Origin: Babesia bigemina
Lineage: Eukaryota
NCBI RefSeq assembly: GCF_000981445.1
Contig: NC_027216.1
Span: forward strand, 1,364,001-1,428,000
Length of the DNA: 64,000 nucleotides
Direction: 5' to 3'
Below the pieces are notes generated by a model. That model worked only from the letters and a program-made list of their open reading frames with translations. It was not told the origin of the DNA and did not search any database. The position numbers and the translations under genes are program-made. Positions 20,010-32,311 of the stretch are shown here, piece after piece (the stretch's first letter is position 1; each line of letters begins with the position of its first letter).

Positions 20010-21419
20010 ATGCGGAGTGCTTCTATCATCGCGCTCTTTTTAGGGCTTCTCGCAGGTTTTTCTCCTGTCATCGCTTCTGAACCGAACCCAAGTTTGGTCC
20101 ATGATATCAGAGCTGACAGGACTCGTGTAATCTTCAATCTTCAAGACGTTGTTGACAACGCGTTATTCGAAGTCGAGCAGTTCAAATTTGACACTCTGCC
20201 CGTCTTGTCCGTATCCCCCAGGAGCGACTACAAGCTGACAGCCGTCAAAAATGGAAACGACACCATATTCGAATGCGAAGACGTGGATGAGGATGAGATT
20301 TACCTAGTGCTGGTCAGGGTTGGCGAGGCAGAAACCTTTGTCTTTGTCAACTCGACATTCGGAATCAGCTTCTTCGAGAAAGTTGGAGACCAGTTTAGGG
20401 AGATTGAAAAGGTGGAAGAGCTGCCTGAGTACGTAAAACCCCTGCTTCCTTTCCAAACGCACCAAGAGATATTCGCTCCTCTGTGCGGTAGCAGGCCACT
20501 CACGCAATCCGTCAATGAGTATCTGAAGAACAGGGAGGAAACCGAAGATGATGTTGACATCTTTGATGATTCGGATAGTGAGGATGAATACGATGTATAT
20601 GAAGAGGAGGACTACGTCGAAGGATTCGAGGAGCTGAATGATGAATTATATGACGAACAGTATGATGAGGAGGCGGAGGAACAATACTATGAGGAGTCTG
20701 ACGAACCACATGTTGATGAGACTGACGAAGATTTTTATGACGAAACTGAGGAGCAACACTACGAAATGCTTGAGGAGCCGAGCTACGAGGAAGTTGAAGA
20801 ATCCGAATACGAAATGCCTGAGGAGCCGAGCTACGAGGAAGTTGAAGAATCCGAATACGAAATGCCTGAGGAGCCGAGCTACGAAGAGGCTTACGACGAA
20901 TCTGTAGAACAGGCCGAGGAGCAGGCCGAGGAAGCTGTCGAGGAAGCTGTCGAGGAGCAGGCCGAGGAAGCTGTCGAGGAGCAGGCCGAGGAAGCTGTCG
21001 AGGAGCAGGCCGAGGAAGCTGTCGAGGAGCAGGCCGAGGAAGCTGTCGAGGAGCAGGCCGAGGAAGCTGTCGAGGAGCAGGCCGAGGAAGCTGTCGAGGA
21101 AGCTGTCGAGGAGCAGGCCGAGGAAGCTGTCGAGGAGCAGGCCGAGGAAGCTGTCGAGGAGCAGGCCGAGGAAACTGTCGAGGAACAGGCCGAGGAAACT
21201 GTCGAGGAACAGGCCGACGTGTCAAAGTATGATGAAGCTATAGACGAACTTTTCCAACAGATTGAGGATCAGGCTGACGAGCCCGTTGAGCAGAAGCTTG
21301 AAGAAGTTGAAGAAAAGATTGAAGAACAAGTAGAAGAAAAGATTGAAGAACAAGTAGAAGAAAAACATGAAGTAGTAGAAGAAGAGCATGAGCAGCAGCT
21401 TCGTGGATCAGCATATTGA
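20010..21419 (+). CDS. Secreted Glu-rich repeat antigen with a DUF529/FAINT-like N-terminal domain
   Basis: Signal peptide MRSASIIALFLGLLAGFSPVIA, then about 120 aa of beta-rich domain (SPRSDYKLTAVKNGNDTIFE...FFEKVGDQFREI), followed by acidic tandem repeats. Confidence 0.8.
   Translation: MRSASIIALFLGLLAGFSPVIASEPNPSLVHDIRADRTRVIFNLQDVVDNALFEVEQFKFDTLPVLSVSPRSDYKLTAVKNGNDTIFECEDVDEDEIYLVLVRVGEAETFVFVNSTFGISFFEKVGDQFREIEKVEELPEYVKPLLPFQTHQEIFAPLCGSRPLTQSVNEYLKNREETEDDVDIFDDSDSEDEYDVYEEEDYVEGFEELNDELYDEQYDEEAEEQYYEESDEPHVDETDEDFYDETEEQHYEMLEEPSYEEVEESEYEMPEEPSYEEVEESEYEMPEEPSYEEAYDESVEQAEEQAEEAVEEAVEEQAEEAVEEQAEEAVEEQAEEAVEEQAEEAVEEQAEEAVEEQAEEAVEEAVEEQAEEAVEEQAEEAVEEQAEETVEEQAEETVEEQADVSKYDEAIDELFQQIEDQADEPVEQKLEEVEEKIEEQVEEKIEEQVEEKHEVVEEEHEQQLRGSAY
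20760..21216 (+). repeat. Coding tandem repeats: 48-bp unit (YEMPEEPSYEEVEESE, about 2.7 copies), then an array of 12-bp modules EEQA/EEAV/EETV (11 EEQAEE[A/T]V octamers)
   Basis: Direct reading shows gaggagcaggccgaggaagctgtc repeated from about 20917 to 21216, and tacgaaatgcctgaggagccgagc units at 20760, 20808 and 20856. Confidence 0.95.
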
Positions 21420-23591
21420 TATGTCTGTGATACAGCTGTTTAAGTGTTATAGGGAGCAACAAAAGTACTAGAAGTAATAAATGTACGTACATCACGTTAA
21501 AGATGCTCTGTGCCATTCCACAGTGAGGCAACTTGCAATCTTTTAGAAGGATTGTGAGTAGGTGTCATGAAACTAACGGTAATGTATGCTTGTAACGGAA
21601 CGGGGTTTGTTTAACCCAATCCATACGACGAAGCCATAGTTATTTTACATGAGGAGGAAAATGAAGTTAGTGATGAAACATAACGGACTGTTTTCGTAAT
21701 ATCCATGCGTGCCCATCTAGTTGAATGCCGATCAAACGCTAGATGAGGTAGCCTGGTACAAAATAGAAGTCGAGGATTGGCAATCGATGCCACCTCGTAC
21801 ATACTTGATCAAGAAGGACGTATTTTAGGCACGCCAGACAAGCGTTTACGTGAGACTAACATGCACGAAATAGCGGGGTTGTTGGTGTAACCTGGTGCCA
21901 CTCAGGCATAACAGGCCACACGTTCGAAACCAGCAACCTTAAGCGCCACTTGAAGTCCACCTGCGCAAAGGCTGTTGGGGCGCATGCTCTACCGACATTT
22001 TCAATGTTATTACCGTTGTTCTTTCAATGAGGAAGTTGCATGCCCATACGTGATTGAACTGTACGTCATCCTTATGTATCATTTACACGCCACGTGCAAT
22101 TGCAGCCGCTACCATTACAACGCAACACCGTATAGTCGAGCATCGAGCACAACAGGAAAGGTTACAATGTGTTGCTCTCGCTACATCTACACCAAGTAAT
22201 TATGCCCATAGAGTGACACGTGGTGCAAAGAGGCTCAGCAGTCTGGTGGAATGTCCATGGGTCTCCTCATACAGTTCGGCAACAGTCGCCGGAACTGAGG
22301 TCGTCTGATGTTACCTGCACCTACTACGTCTGCAAACGACATGTGGTACTATTGCCAGACAGACAGTGAGGCAAAATGTGCAAAAAAGTTGTCATTGCCC
22401 GTAGCAGTCACACGGCAGACTGCACAGGCAAATATATTGAGGGAGACCCACCCTAGTATCTTTCCCACGACTATAGACTCATATCCACATAAAATCTCCA
22501 ACAGGTACACATGTAGTAGTGTTGGAACTGATTGCACTTGGACTGACCATACGCGTTACATTCAATACACGTAAGCCTTTAAAATTTGGGACTCAAACGA
22601 ACTACAATATTACACAAGTGGCAATACATAAGATTTAGACATACCAAGAGCTTCCCATATACAGCAACATCAAAAAGTGTGTCAGTGATACGCGTATCAC
22701 AAAGTTTAAGCGCGGCATCCCATTGCCATCCGTTAGTATACGAATCATTTGTAAGGAACGAGGCGAAATATTTAGGGCCGTTGGTTGCCGTAAATCAAAT
22801 CAAGATAGCAACGAAGGGCTCTACCGGCATCAAAACTGATCGCGTTGTGCGCGCCCGTGTTAAGAAGGAAGCACGTCGCGACAAAGCCCTCGACCACCGG
22901 TGCGAACATGGAACAACCGAGAACGAATGGGCCGATAGTGGAGACAATTGTAGTCAGCAAGCATACTCAAATTTTTAGATATTTTAACTTTTGCGTGTAT
23001 ATGCGAGAAGACACGCAGTAAGCGCCATGAAGGACACCGACCACCTAACCGGGCATTGCGCACTCGTACTACTCTATTTACGATGAAAAACGGCAACATG
23101 CGGTTAAAATTACAAACTTATCTACACGTAAAATTGTATTGTTCACATGGACACTTACATGCCGCGTTAACTGGCAAATCTTTGTGGAATCTCGTTCCAC
23201 ACTGAATTGAGCTAACGCGTACATCTAACAAACGTGTCATAACGTATTTTTAGAAGAAGATCTACGTAACAGCTGTTGAAATAGCTGCGAAACAAAGACC
23301 AACTGCATGATCAATCATATACGACAAATTAGATCATGAGAAATAAAATTAAAACACTAGAAGGACGTACATAAATCCCTTTCGGGAAGGCGCCAGGCAG
23401 GCGCGCAAATCCGGCCACAATTAGGCGCCTAGCTTTGTGGTGCTATTATCGCGCGTCGAGTATGTACATACTGTCCGCGCGAGTCACATGCCCAGTATCG
23501 ACCCCATCCCATGCGCGGTCATCTCGATCGCGGTCATTCCGCTGGATTCCGCTTTTAAGCAGGCCTCCGTCGGCACATATATATATCCAAA

Positions 23592-26231
23592 ATGAAGTTC
23601 GGTTTTGCTTCGATCGTGGCGGCGCTGCTTGCCGGCGTCACCCTCGTCGCGGGTAAACGTCCGTTGACGGTGGATATCAACAGCCAAAATCAGCCCAATG
23701 CCATTGCCCATGTATTTTATGACACTAACCGTTACCTCAAGAACGTGTATATGCCCAGGAGGGGTGAGGATCTTACCTCCGTAGTTAACATTGTGAGGGA
23801 CGGTAAGCGCAAGGGGACTCAAGTGTTGTACACCGCCCCCTACGGTCAGCGCGTATACAGGGTCTTCGCCTTCGGTTCGGAGGTGTACAACCTTGTGATT
23901 ATTTACGCAAGTGATCAAATTAAGGCGTGGAGGAGAAGTGGAAAGTGGTTCCAGCCCATTCGTACCGAGAAGAACTACCTTGGTCGCTACTTCACGGTGG
24001 AGAATGTTGCCATTCGCTGCAATGACCACCAATTCCGCGACTTCGATGTCATGATTGACACCCACTGTGACCCTCGCTTGGGCCAATTCAAGGTGTACAT
24101 TACCCTCCACGGCAGAAAGACCGCCCTTGAGAGGGTGCTCGCAGCAGGCGACCTAAACGCCCCCGTCATCACGTACGATGACTTCCTGCAGGATGTGGCT
24201 CTCACTGGATACAGGTGGCCGAAGGCGTTCCTCGAGTTGGTCGCAGACGAAAGGCTTAAGGATAAGGAAGCGCGCTTCAGGCAAATGTTGAACGAGGCCA
24301 AGTTACATGCGCGTCACGAGGAATTCGCGGAGGATATGGAGTTCTACATGGTGAATGAGCACGCTATTGCTTCTGGTGGTGGTTATGATATTGGTGAGCC
24401 TGGATACATTCAGGATGAGGACATCAGGGCTGAGCTCGACAGCCTGGATGCCGAAGAGGCCGAGACACACGTCAAGCATGAGAAGGCCAAGGAGGATGCC
24501 AGGCATGCTATGTTCGATAACCTCACCGGTACTGCCTGGCCTCCGGCATACGAGGAGACTGAGGAGACCGAGGAGACTACCGAGGGTGGTGAGACCACCG
24601 AGGGTTGGGAGACTGTCGGAGGTGGTGAGACTTCCGAGGATGAAGACTCTGCCGACAAAGATGAGGACGAAGCCAGCGTTGTCATCTACGGTCCGGAGGA
24701 TGTGCCTTCTGAGGATGAGGATGAGTCAGATGTCACATCTGTCAGTGATTCCGTCTCCGTCGTTTCGACTGAAACTGATTCGTCTGATGACGAGAGCATC
24801 ATCGTGCGTGGCAAGCCGAAGACCGAGCTGCCGTGGTACAAGCGCATCTTCTGCTGCTCCAAGGATACTGCTCAGAGCTCGGAAGTCGACTCCCCGGCAA
24901 CCAAGAAGAAGTGCCCTGTTGCTGTCACTACCGATGCTGATGATGAAGAGACCAGCGAGGAGGGAGAATCTGACACCGAAACCGAGACAGACTCCGACGT
25001 TAGCGGTTCTGTTCAGTCTGGTACTGAGGATGATGATGATGATGACGATGACGACGACGATGATGAAGAAGAGACCGGAAGTGAATTGACCGAGGATGAT
25101 GATGACGACGACGACGATGATGACGACGAAGAGACCGGAAGTGAATTGACCGAGGATGATGAAGACGAGGAAGATGAGGAAGATGATGAATCAGGTAAGG
25201 TTACCGAATGCTCGGCTGTAACTCGTGTTTCAGGTAGCGGCGAAGGTTCTTCCCAGGCTGACGGCAGCAGCCCAACCATTTCCAGGGAGGAGGCCCTCGA
25301 GGTCTTGGAGAGCTTCAACCGTGACTCTGGATGGGTTCACGTCAACGACACTGAAGAGGAGGTTGCTCCCGGTCTCGTCAAGGTCCACTCCAAGTGGATG
25401 CGCGTGACCAAGACTGACGGTGAAGACCAGGTCTGCACCATTGGCGAAGATGGTGAGAAGGTATGCGTGCCTGTAGAGGATGCTGCCGAGGGCTCCGAAG
25501 TTGGAAGTGCTACCGGAGCATCTGGTGTTGAAGGCGGTGAGAAATCGTCCGATGTTGACTCTGAGGAGGTTGCCGAAGAGCACTCCGAAACACACTCTGC
25601 CGTGTCAGCGCATGATGAGGATGGCTTGTCATTCGTCGACTCCGACGAAGAGGAAGAGGCTGGCGAGGTTAAATCGCAAGAGGATGCTATCGAGGAGCCC
25701 GTGTGCGAGGTTCGTCAGGCGCCTGCTGTTGAAGCCATCAGGGCTAGGAAGACCCGTGCCCCGTGGTTCAAGCGTGTGTTCTGCTGCGCTAAGGACAACT
25801 CTGAGGGCTCAGTAGTCGACTCCATGGTCGACGATGGAACTCCTTGCCCCGCAACTGTCGCCGAATCAGTTAACGGCAATGAGACCGACGCGGAGGCTGA
25901 GGCCGAGGCTGAAGCTGAGGCTGAAGCTGAGGCTGAAGCTGAGGCCGAGGCTGAGGCTAAGGCTGAGGAAATTGCCGAAACTGAAGACGCCGAACAGTCT
26001 GGTCCTGAGGGCTACGAAGCCAGGCGCCACTCCAGCCACCTCAGCAACTTGGACATCGAAAATGGTTCTAACGTGTCTGATTCCGACTCCGTCCGTGACC
26101 CGAGGGAAGGTGGTTTCACCGCAACTAGCGTTGGTGACGTAGATGATGCCGCATCGGGATCCAGGAACCTGAGGGATTCGGCACCTGGAGACGAAGAAGG
26201 CGAAAAGGATGACAGTGAGATTTTGACGTAA
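23592..26231 (+). CDS. Secreted acidic protein (879 aa) with a DUF529/FAINT-like N-terminus and a duplicated PWxKRxFCC motif
   Basis: Signal peptide MKFGFASIVAALLAGVTLVAG, then RPLTVDIN...YMPRRGEDLTSVV...WRRSGKWFQPI, followed by Asp/Glu tracts. Intronless. Confidence 0.85.
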   Translation: MKFGFASIVAALLAGVTLVAGKRPLTVDINSQNQPNAIAHVFYDTNRYLKNVYMPRRGEDLTSVVNIVRDGKRKGTQVLYTAPYGQRVYRVFAFGSEVYNLVIIYASDQIKAWRRSGKWFQPIRTEKNYLGRYFTVENVAIRCNDHQFRDFDVMIDTHCDPRLGQFKVYITLHGRKTALERVLAAGDLNAPVITYDDFLQDVALTGYRWPKAFLELVADERLKDKEARFRQMLNEAKLHARHEEFAEDMEFYMVNEHAIASGGGYDIGEPGYIQDEDIRAELDSLDAEEAETHVKHEKAKEDARHAMFDNLTGTAWPPAYEETEETEETTEGGETTEGWETVGGGETSEDEDSADKDEDEASVVIYGPEDVPSEDEDESDVTSVSDSVSVVSTETDSSDDESIIVRGKPKTELPWYKRIFCCSKDTAQSSEVDSPATKKKCPVAVTTDADDEETSEEGESDTETETDSDVSGSVQSGTEDDDDDDDDDDDDEEETGSELTEDDDDDDDDDDDEETGSELTEDDEDEEDEEDDESGKVTECSAVTRVSGSGEGSSQADGSSPTISREEALEVLESFNRDSGWVHVNDTEEEVAPGLVKVHSKWMRVTKTDGEDQVCTIGEDGEKVCVPVEDAAEGSEVGSATGASGVEGGEKSSDVDSEEVAEEHSETHSAVSAHDEDGLSFVDSDEEEEAGEVKSQEDAIEEPVCEVRQAPAVEAIRARKTRAPWFKRVFCCAKDNSEGSVVDSMVDDGTPCPATVAESVNGNETDAEAEAEAEAEAEAEAEAEAEAEAKAEEIAETEDAEQSGPEGYEARRHSSHLSNLDIENGSNVSDSDSVRDPREGGFTATSVGDVDDAASGSRNLRDSAPGDEEGEKDDSEILT
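25021..25190 (+). repeat. Coding 60-bp repeat (poly-Asp + EETGSELTE) with GAT/GAC microsatellite
   Basis: gaagagaccggaagtgaattgaccgaggatgatga occurs twice, 60 bp apart, flanked by GAY runs. Confidence 0.9.
25890..25967 (+). repeat. Coding (Glu-Ala)n 6-bp repeat
   Basis: A gaggct/gaagct/gaggcc run encodes AEAEAEAE...AKAE. Confidence 0.9.
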
Positions 26232-27756
26232 AAGTCGCGCATATTCCGCAAGAACAGATTAGAAAATAATTCGTTACGCAATGAAATCCCTGCGAGTTGA
26301 GGCCGAAAACCGTGACTTCGACGGCGCAGGGTGGTCTTACGTAAGGGACAGCGATACATCAGGTACTGTCTAAACATCGAGTCTGCTAAGGTGAATTGTT
26401 TATGGTGTACTGCATATAGCATGTCGCATGGTTAAAGCCCAGGGAAAAGTGCTCAGCATGTCAACGGTGGCAGCGCCTTGTTTCTGAGGGCTTGCCCTTC
26501 GCCATACAGCGATAATGCCCAAATTGAGGCTGAGTATGGTAGATGGCCAGGTCGCAGGAACACAGACTTGGCAAATTGCCAATAAAGTTCTGAAGGTGCG
26601 GCCCCGTGCCTCGCTTAAGGTTTAATGGAGGCTAGATCTGCTCGGGTACCATCACTACCCTGGCGCGAACCGCGAAATCAATCAAGGGCTATTGCCGAGA
26701 AATGAATTGGGAATTTCCAATCAGTGGCAATTTCTTGTAGTGACCTACAAATGTGGGTATCCAAGCAATGCCAATTACCTCTCTGGAGATAGGGTTTGTT
26801 GCTGGATACCGGGATATGTTCCTACCATCTATAGTATGGGGAAGTATTACTTTGCAGCGTGAGAAGTTAATTAGTTGGCTCGCATGCGCGGACGCCTGAT
26901 AAACCTAAGTGCCCTTTGACCGCAACGGTCATAACAGGCGGGTTGGGCCGCCTTGGTCGCTTTATAATGTAGATAATTTTAGACAGTTTTGTTGATGTTT
27001 AATGCTGTGTTAGTTTGATCGTTGCTTGTTGCGCTTGTTGCGTTCCCCTGCCTGCGTGACTGGCGTGCTTGTAGGCTCGGGTGATTGGCAGGGGGTATCT
27101 GACGCGGTGCGACGTTTGCTGTCATCCGTCGTGAATCTACGCGTTCAGTTGGCCGTAGGCCCTGTGGTGGCGTTCTGGCCGCGGCTGTTCCTGCGCAATC
27201 TAACGGCTTTTGTCGAAAACGTGTGGATCCGTCTCACGTCGTGACACGACCATTAGGTGTTAGAGTTGAATGCAGTGGACTATTTTGTGCGCATGGAAAT
27301 GCAGTGGGTTTTGCAGAGCGCCAGAGAACACAATTCCACCAGTAGCTAACAACGACCACAAGACAGCGACGAACGGATGACTCTTATAAAACCGTCATCC
27401 AACACGTTCACAAACCCAAGTGATTCTGTCGAACTGTGTGGTTACGAGTAATCTCGGATTTCGCCCGAACTAGTTGTAGCGCCACATACACGCACACTCT
27501 AAACAACGCACTGAATGCCAGCCATCGCACGCAAGCAAATGAAACGTGAAGACGCGAGGAATCCCAGTTTAAAATGTACGTGTTGTTACGAGATGCTATT
27601 TTAGCGGTGTGGTGCACGCATTTGTTATCCTTAGACTTGGCGTAACATGTGCGCGGCACAGCGAACCATGCCTGAATACAGGCAGACAAAACACAGAATC
27701 CGCCATTTGGCGGGTGCGCGGTTATGTCCTCATGCGATGAAGACCCCACCTTGGGT

Positions 27757-28674
27757 CTAATATGGCTCAGCGCGCGACGACTTCCTGTGGCTGCCGCGGG
27801 ACGGCCCGCTGGAGTAATGGTCAGAGGATTTGTGGTACCGCTTTTCGCGGCTACTCCGCCCTTCCTCCTCTCCGGCCATGCGGCCGTCCGGCGCTCCCTC
27901 TGTACCGTTCTCGCCTCCTTGCCAGTTGTACGGGTACATCGCATTAAAAAACGGCATCTGGCCATTGGCGTACATTTGGGCGAAATATGGGTTGTACATC
28001 ATATTGGCTTGTGCATAGTAGTACGCTGCGTAGTCGAAGTTTTCCGGGTTGGGAGTGGACGCGCCCTTGCTTAGCGTAGGACGTGGTTGCGCCTTCTTAG
28101 CTTCGCAGTTGCGCCCGAGCTTGGTGTGGTGGCCGATGGCCTTATCCACGTCTCCAGGGTTGTCGTAAATGATAAAACCGAAGCCACGCGGCTTGTTAGT
28201 CGTCTTGTCGACGATGAAGTTGTAGCTCACAACCGTGCCGTACCTGGCGAAGTAGTCCTTGAACTCCTCCTCACTAACGCTGTCTGATATCCCGCCTACG
28301 AAAATCCTGTTCACGTCTTCTCTAATGGGGACCAAATCTCGTGCTCGTTCCTTCTTTATTGCCTGCTTCACGTCGACTAGCACGTTGTCGATTTTGTGGC
28401 TAGTCGCAAGCACCGCCTTCATGGCAGCATCATTGCTGAAAGTCACGAAACCGAACCCGCGAGAGCGCCCAGTCGTCTTGTCGGCAACAATTTCAGAGTG
28501 CACTACTGTACCGAATCTGCCGAAGTGATCGCGCAGGGTGTCCGCAGTGGTGCTGCGGTTCAAACCTCCCGCAAATATCTTGAACGCCTCAAAATCGCTT
28601 TCGCAAAAGGTTTGACCGTCAGCACCGACGGAGTCAGATGCCTTCGGGGCGCGATCGCTCGATGAAGATGACAT
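27757..28674 (-). CDS. Tandem-RRM RNA-binding protein (Musashi/hnRNP A1/DAZAP1-like)
   Basis: Two RRMs: KIFAGGL...RSRGFGFVTF and RIFVGGI...KPRGFGFIIY. The tail is Tyr-rich and ends in a PY motif (RAEPY). Confidence 0.9.
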   Translation of the reverse strand: MSSSSSDRAPKASDSVGADGQTFCESDFEAFKIFAGGLNRSTTADTLRDHFGRFGTVVHSEIVADKTTGRSRGFGFVTFSNDAAMKAVLATSHKIDNVLVDVKQAIKKERARDLVPIREDVNRIFVGGISDSVSEEEFKDYFARYGTVVSYNFIVDKTTNKPRGFGFIIYDNPGDVDKAIGHHTKLGRNCEAKKAQPRPTLSKGASTPNPENFDYAAYYYAQANMMYNPYFAQMYANGQMPFFNAMYPYNWQGGENGTEGAPDGRMAGEEEGRSSREKRYHKSSDHYSSGPSRGSHRKSSRAEPY

Positions 28675-30922
28675 GGCAGAATCACTATCGCTATCTCACA
28701 GTGAGAGTGCTTATACCCCCCTCCTATAATAAACCGTTCGGAATGTAAAGAGTCCTTAGTCCGACGCACAGTATCGATATTCGAGTCATACGCGCCGCGC
28801 ACAACCGCGAAAAATGGCAACAGGTACGGTGTCTAACCTTCGTGCGTGTGAAGTTGGTGCTACGTGTAAGGTTATAACTTTCCAGAACCCCAGGCCGATC
28901 AACGACGGCGAGCAGACGCTTACTTGTATGCTGAATCCTAGATCCAACGTGAAACTACTACAAGGTCGATCTTGGTGACGGAGCTCGAAAATTGGCGCGA
29001 AGGCGTATCCGACTCTGGATGCTGAGGGTAACAACCTTCTAATACTCCCTAAAGCCGCACGGCCGTGGGATAATCGGAGTAAATGCTTCGAGAATGTGAT
29101 GGCTTCAAAGACTAACAACTCCTAACGTTAATCTCACTAGCACGTGAATTGAAAGCAAACGTGTGTCACCGAATCAAAGAAGCGGATTCGGCTGGTAAAA
29201 AAATATCGCCGCAACAACGCCGACACACTTTCTCGAATTAACGACGCTTCGTGAGTTAAAATGGAGCTAGTACAGTAATAAGATGGGAAAATATGCAGTG
29301 CGCGGAACTGAAAATACAGCACGCTACGCATACATCCAAACACACCACAGCAAGCACAGCCTATCCGTAAAGTGACAGAAAAACTTCGCAAAATAAACGG
29401 TGATAAATTAGCGAAACAATGACAAATTAAGCGATTTAAACCTCTGTCGGACCATGCATCACACAGTGGATTATTGGGCCACTCATGTACAGCAGGTGGC
29501 TAGAAAGTCGCGCAAGAAAAGTGCAGCCTAGCGCCACAGCCTCCCTGGCGTCTAACATATACTGGCTTCCAGGGATGTGCGGGACTGCTTGCCGACGGTT
29601 TTCGCAGACAGAACAGCAGCAAATTTAAAGGCGCATGTGACACACTGCAACGCAATAGTTAACAACCATGTCCAACGTACATCGCTGCATGGAATTGCAC
29701 AATGTAAAATAAGTTAGCATTGTAATTTAGACTTCTCGCGTGTCGCCGTAAGGTTATAGTGACGAGGTGTTTGGAGCCTTCCAACACCAGCCATACACAG
29801 TGACAGCAAGTCACACTGTGTATTGATATGCAACGCCAGTTCAGCAATATTACGGTACAATTTCGCAATGTGTCTAGCTATGACGCTGCTAACACGATTG
29901 TGTGAGCGTGCTGCACTTTCGCTCCCAGTGACGAGGTCCTATGGCCATATCCTATGTTTAGTGTTAAAAACACTTTCTATTTGTGAGTAGATATAGGCAT
30001 CAGTTGGTGTGATTATTCAGCAATATAATGTTCGGACTGTGTAACTCTTGCAACCGGGTTGAATTGCAAAGGTGAAGAGAGTGCGCCTATTGACTTCACA
30101 TTCAGCTAAACTACCGAAAATTGTTGTACGCAATGCGTACGTGCAAGTCAGCACATTCTGTATATATGTGCACATTGTCAACTGTTCAACCGTCGTGAAA
30201 TGCAACCAGATGTTGCGCTGCCACGGATACGCGAATCTCGGTGCGTGCACGTCGAAAACAGTCGACGATACACCATATGAAGCATCGTATGATAAACTAC
30301 GAAGGAACGACTGTTGTTGGTACAGATCGTAAAACAGTCAAATTTTATGAAACGCGAAAGGCAGCAACAGTTCTAACACTCAGTTAGCTAGACACAACCG
30401 TAAGTCACACCATATTCGTTATTAAGTAGAGTTGCCATCTATAACAACTAATGGCTGGCGCCTAAATTATCAGTGAATATTATGGACCACACGTACGATC
30501 AGACAAAATCTCGCCTTCTCAGACCCTAATAGGAAAGACATAACGCATTATATGTACAACAAAAACGCTATATTTATGCTGTAGAATATTGCACCAGTAC
30601 CACGGGGAAATGCATTAGCATCCAGGAAGGCCGCGCAAAAATGAACGAGTACGCCTAGCAGTACTCGCAACATTGTACCTAATATAATTCCCCACCTGCA
30701 CACTAGACCAAACCAAAAACGAATATAAACGTAGATATTAATAAACGCATAGCCAATCAGTGCTGTCGGTTGTCAAGAATCCGAAACGCGACCCGGCGCT
30801 CCCCTCGCGGAACGCTCCTGGCAACGAACGCCGACCTCGATGTGTACGCGCTGAAACGAGGCTGAGTATCGGCTCCACAGAATCTAGGTTGCCCTCAATC
30901 AAATTCCAAGACATGAAGTAAA

Positions 30923-32214
<1,292 letters not shown>

Positions 32215-32311
32215 TTAATAAAACGCATTTTTGGCCACATTATAACGAAATGAGATGTCTTTAAAAGTTGTACATTATATCTAATAGCAATTGCGCACAA
32301 GGAGCCAAAAG

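Noticed and set aside
20908..21216. Regular short repeats that might suggest a CRISPR array
   Set aside because: There are no unique spacers, the repeats are in-frame coding, and the genome is eukaryotic.
20512..21225. 237-aa minus-strand ORF of RPAPRQLP repeats
   Set aside because: It is the reverse complement of the Glu-rich repeat array and stays open only because the unit has no stop.
21800..21820. atacttgatcaagaagg resembling U1 snRNA elements
   Set aside because: It lacks ACTTACCTG, the loop II ATTGCAC and the stem structure.
21920..21975. Minus-strand agcctttgcgcaggtgg...ttgctggtt resembling U4 snRNA stems
   Set aside because: The spacing is too short, and there is no k-turn 5' stem-loop or Sm site. 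Likely chance.
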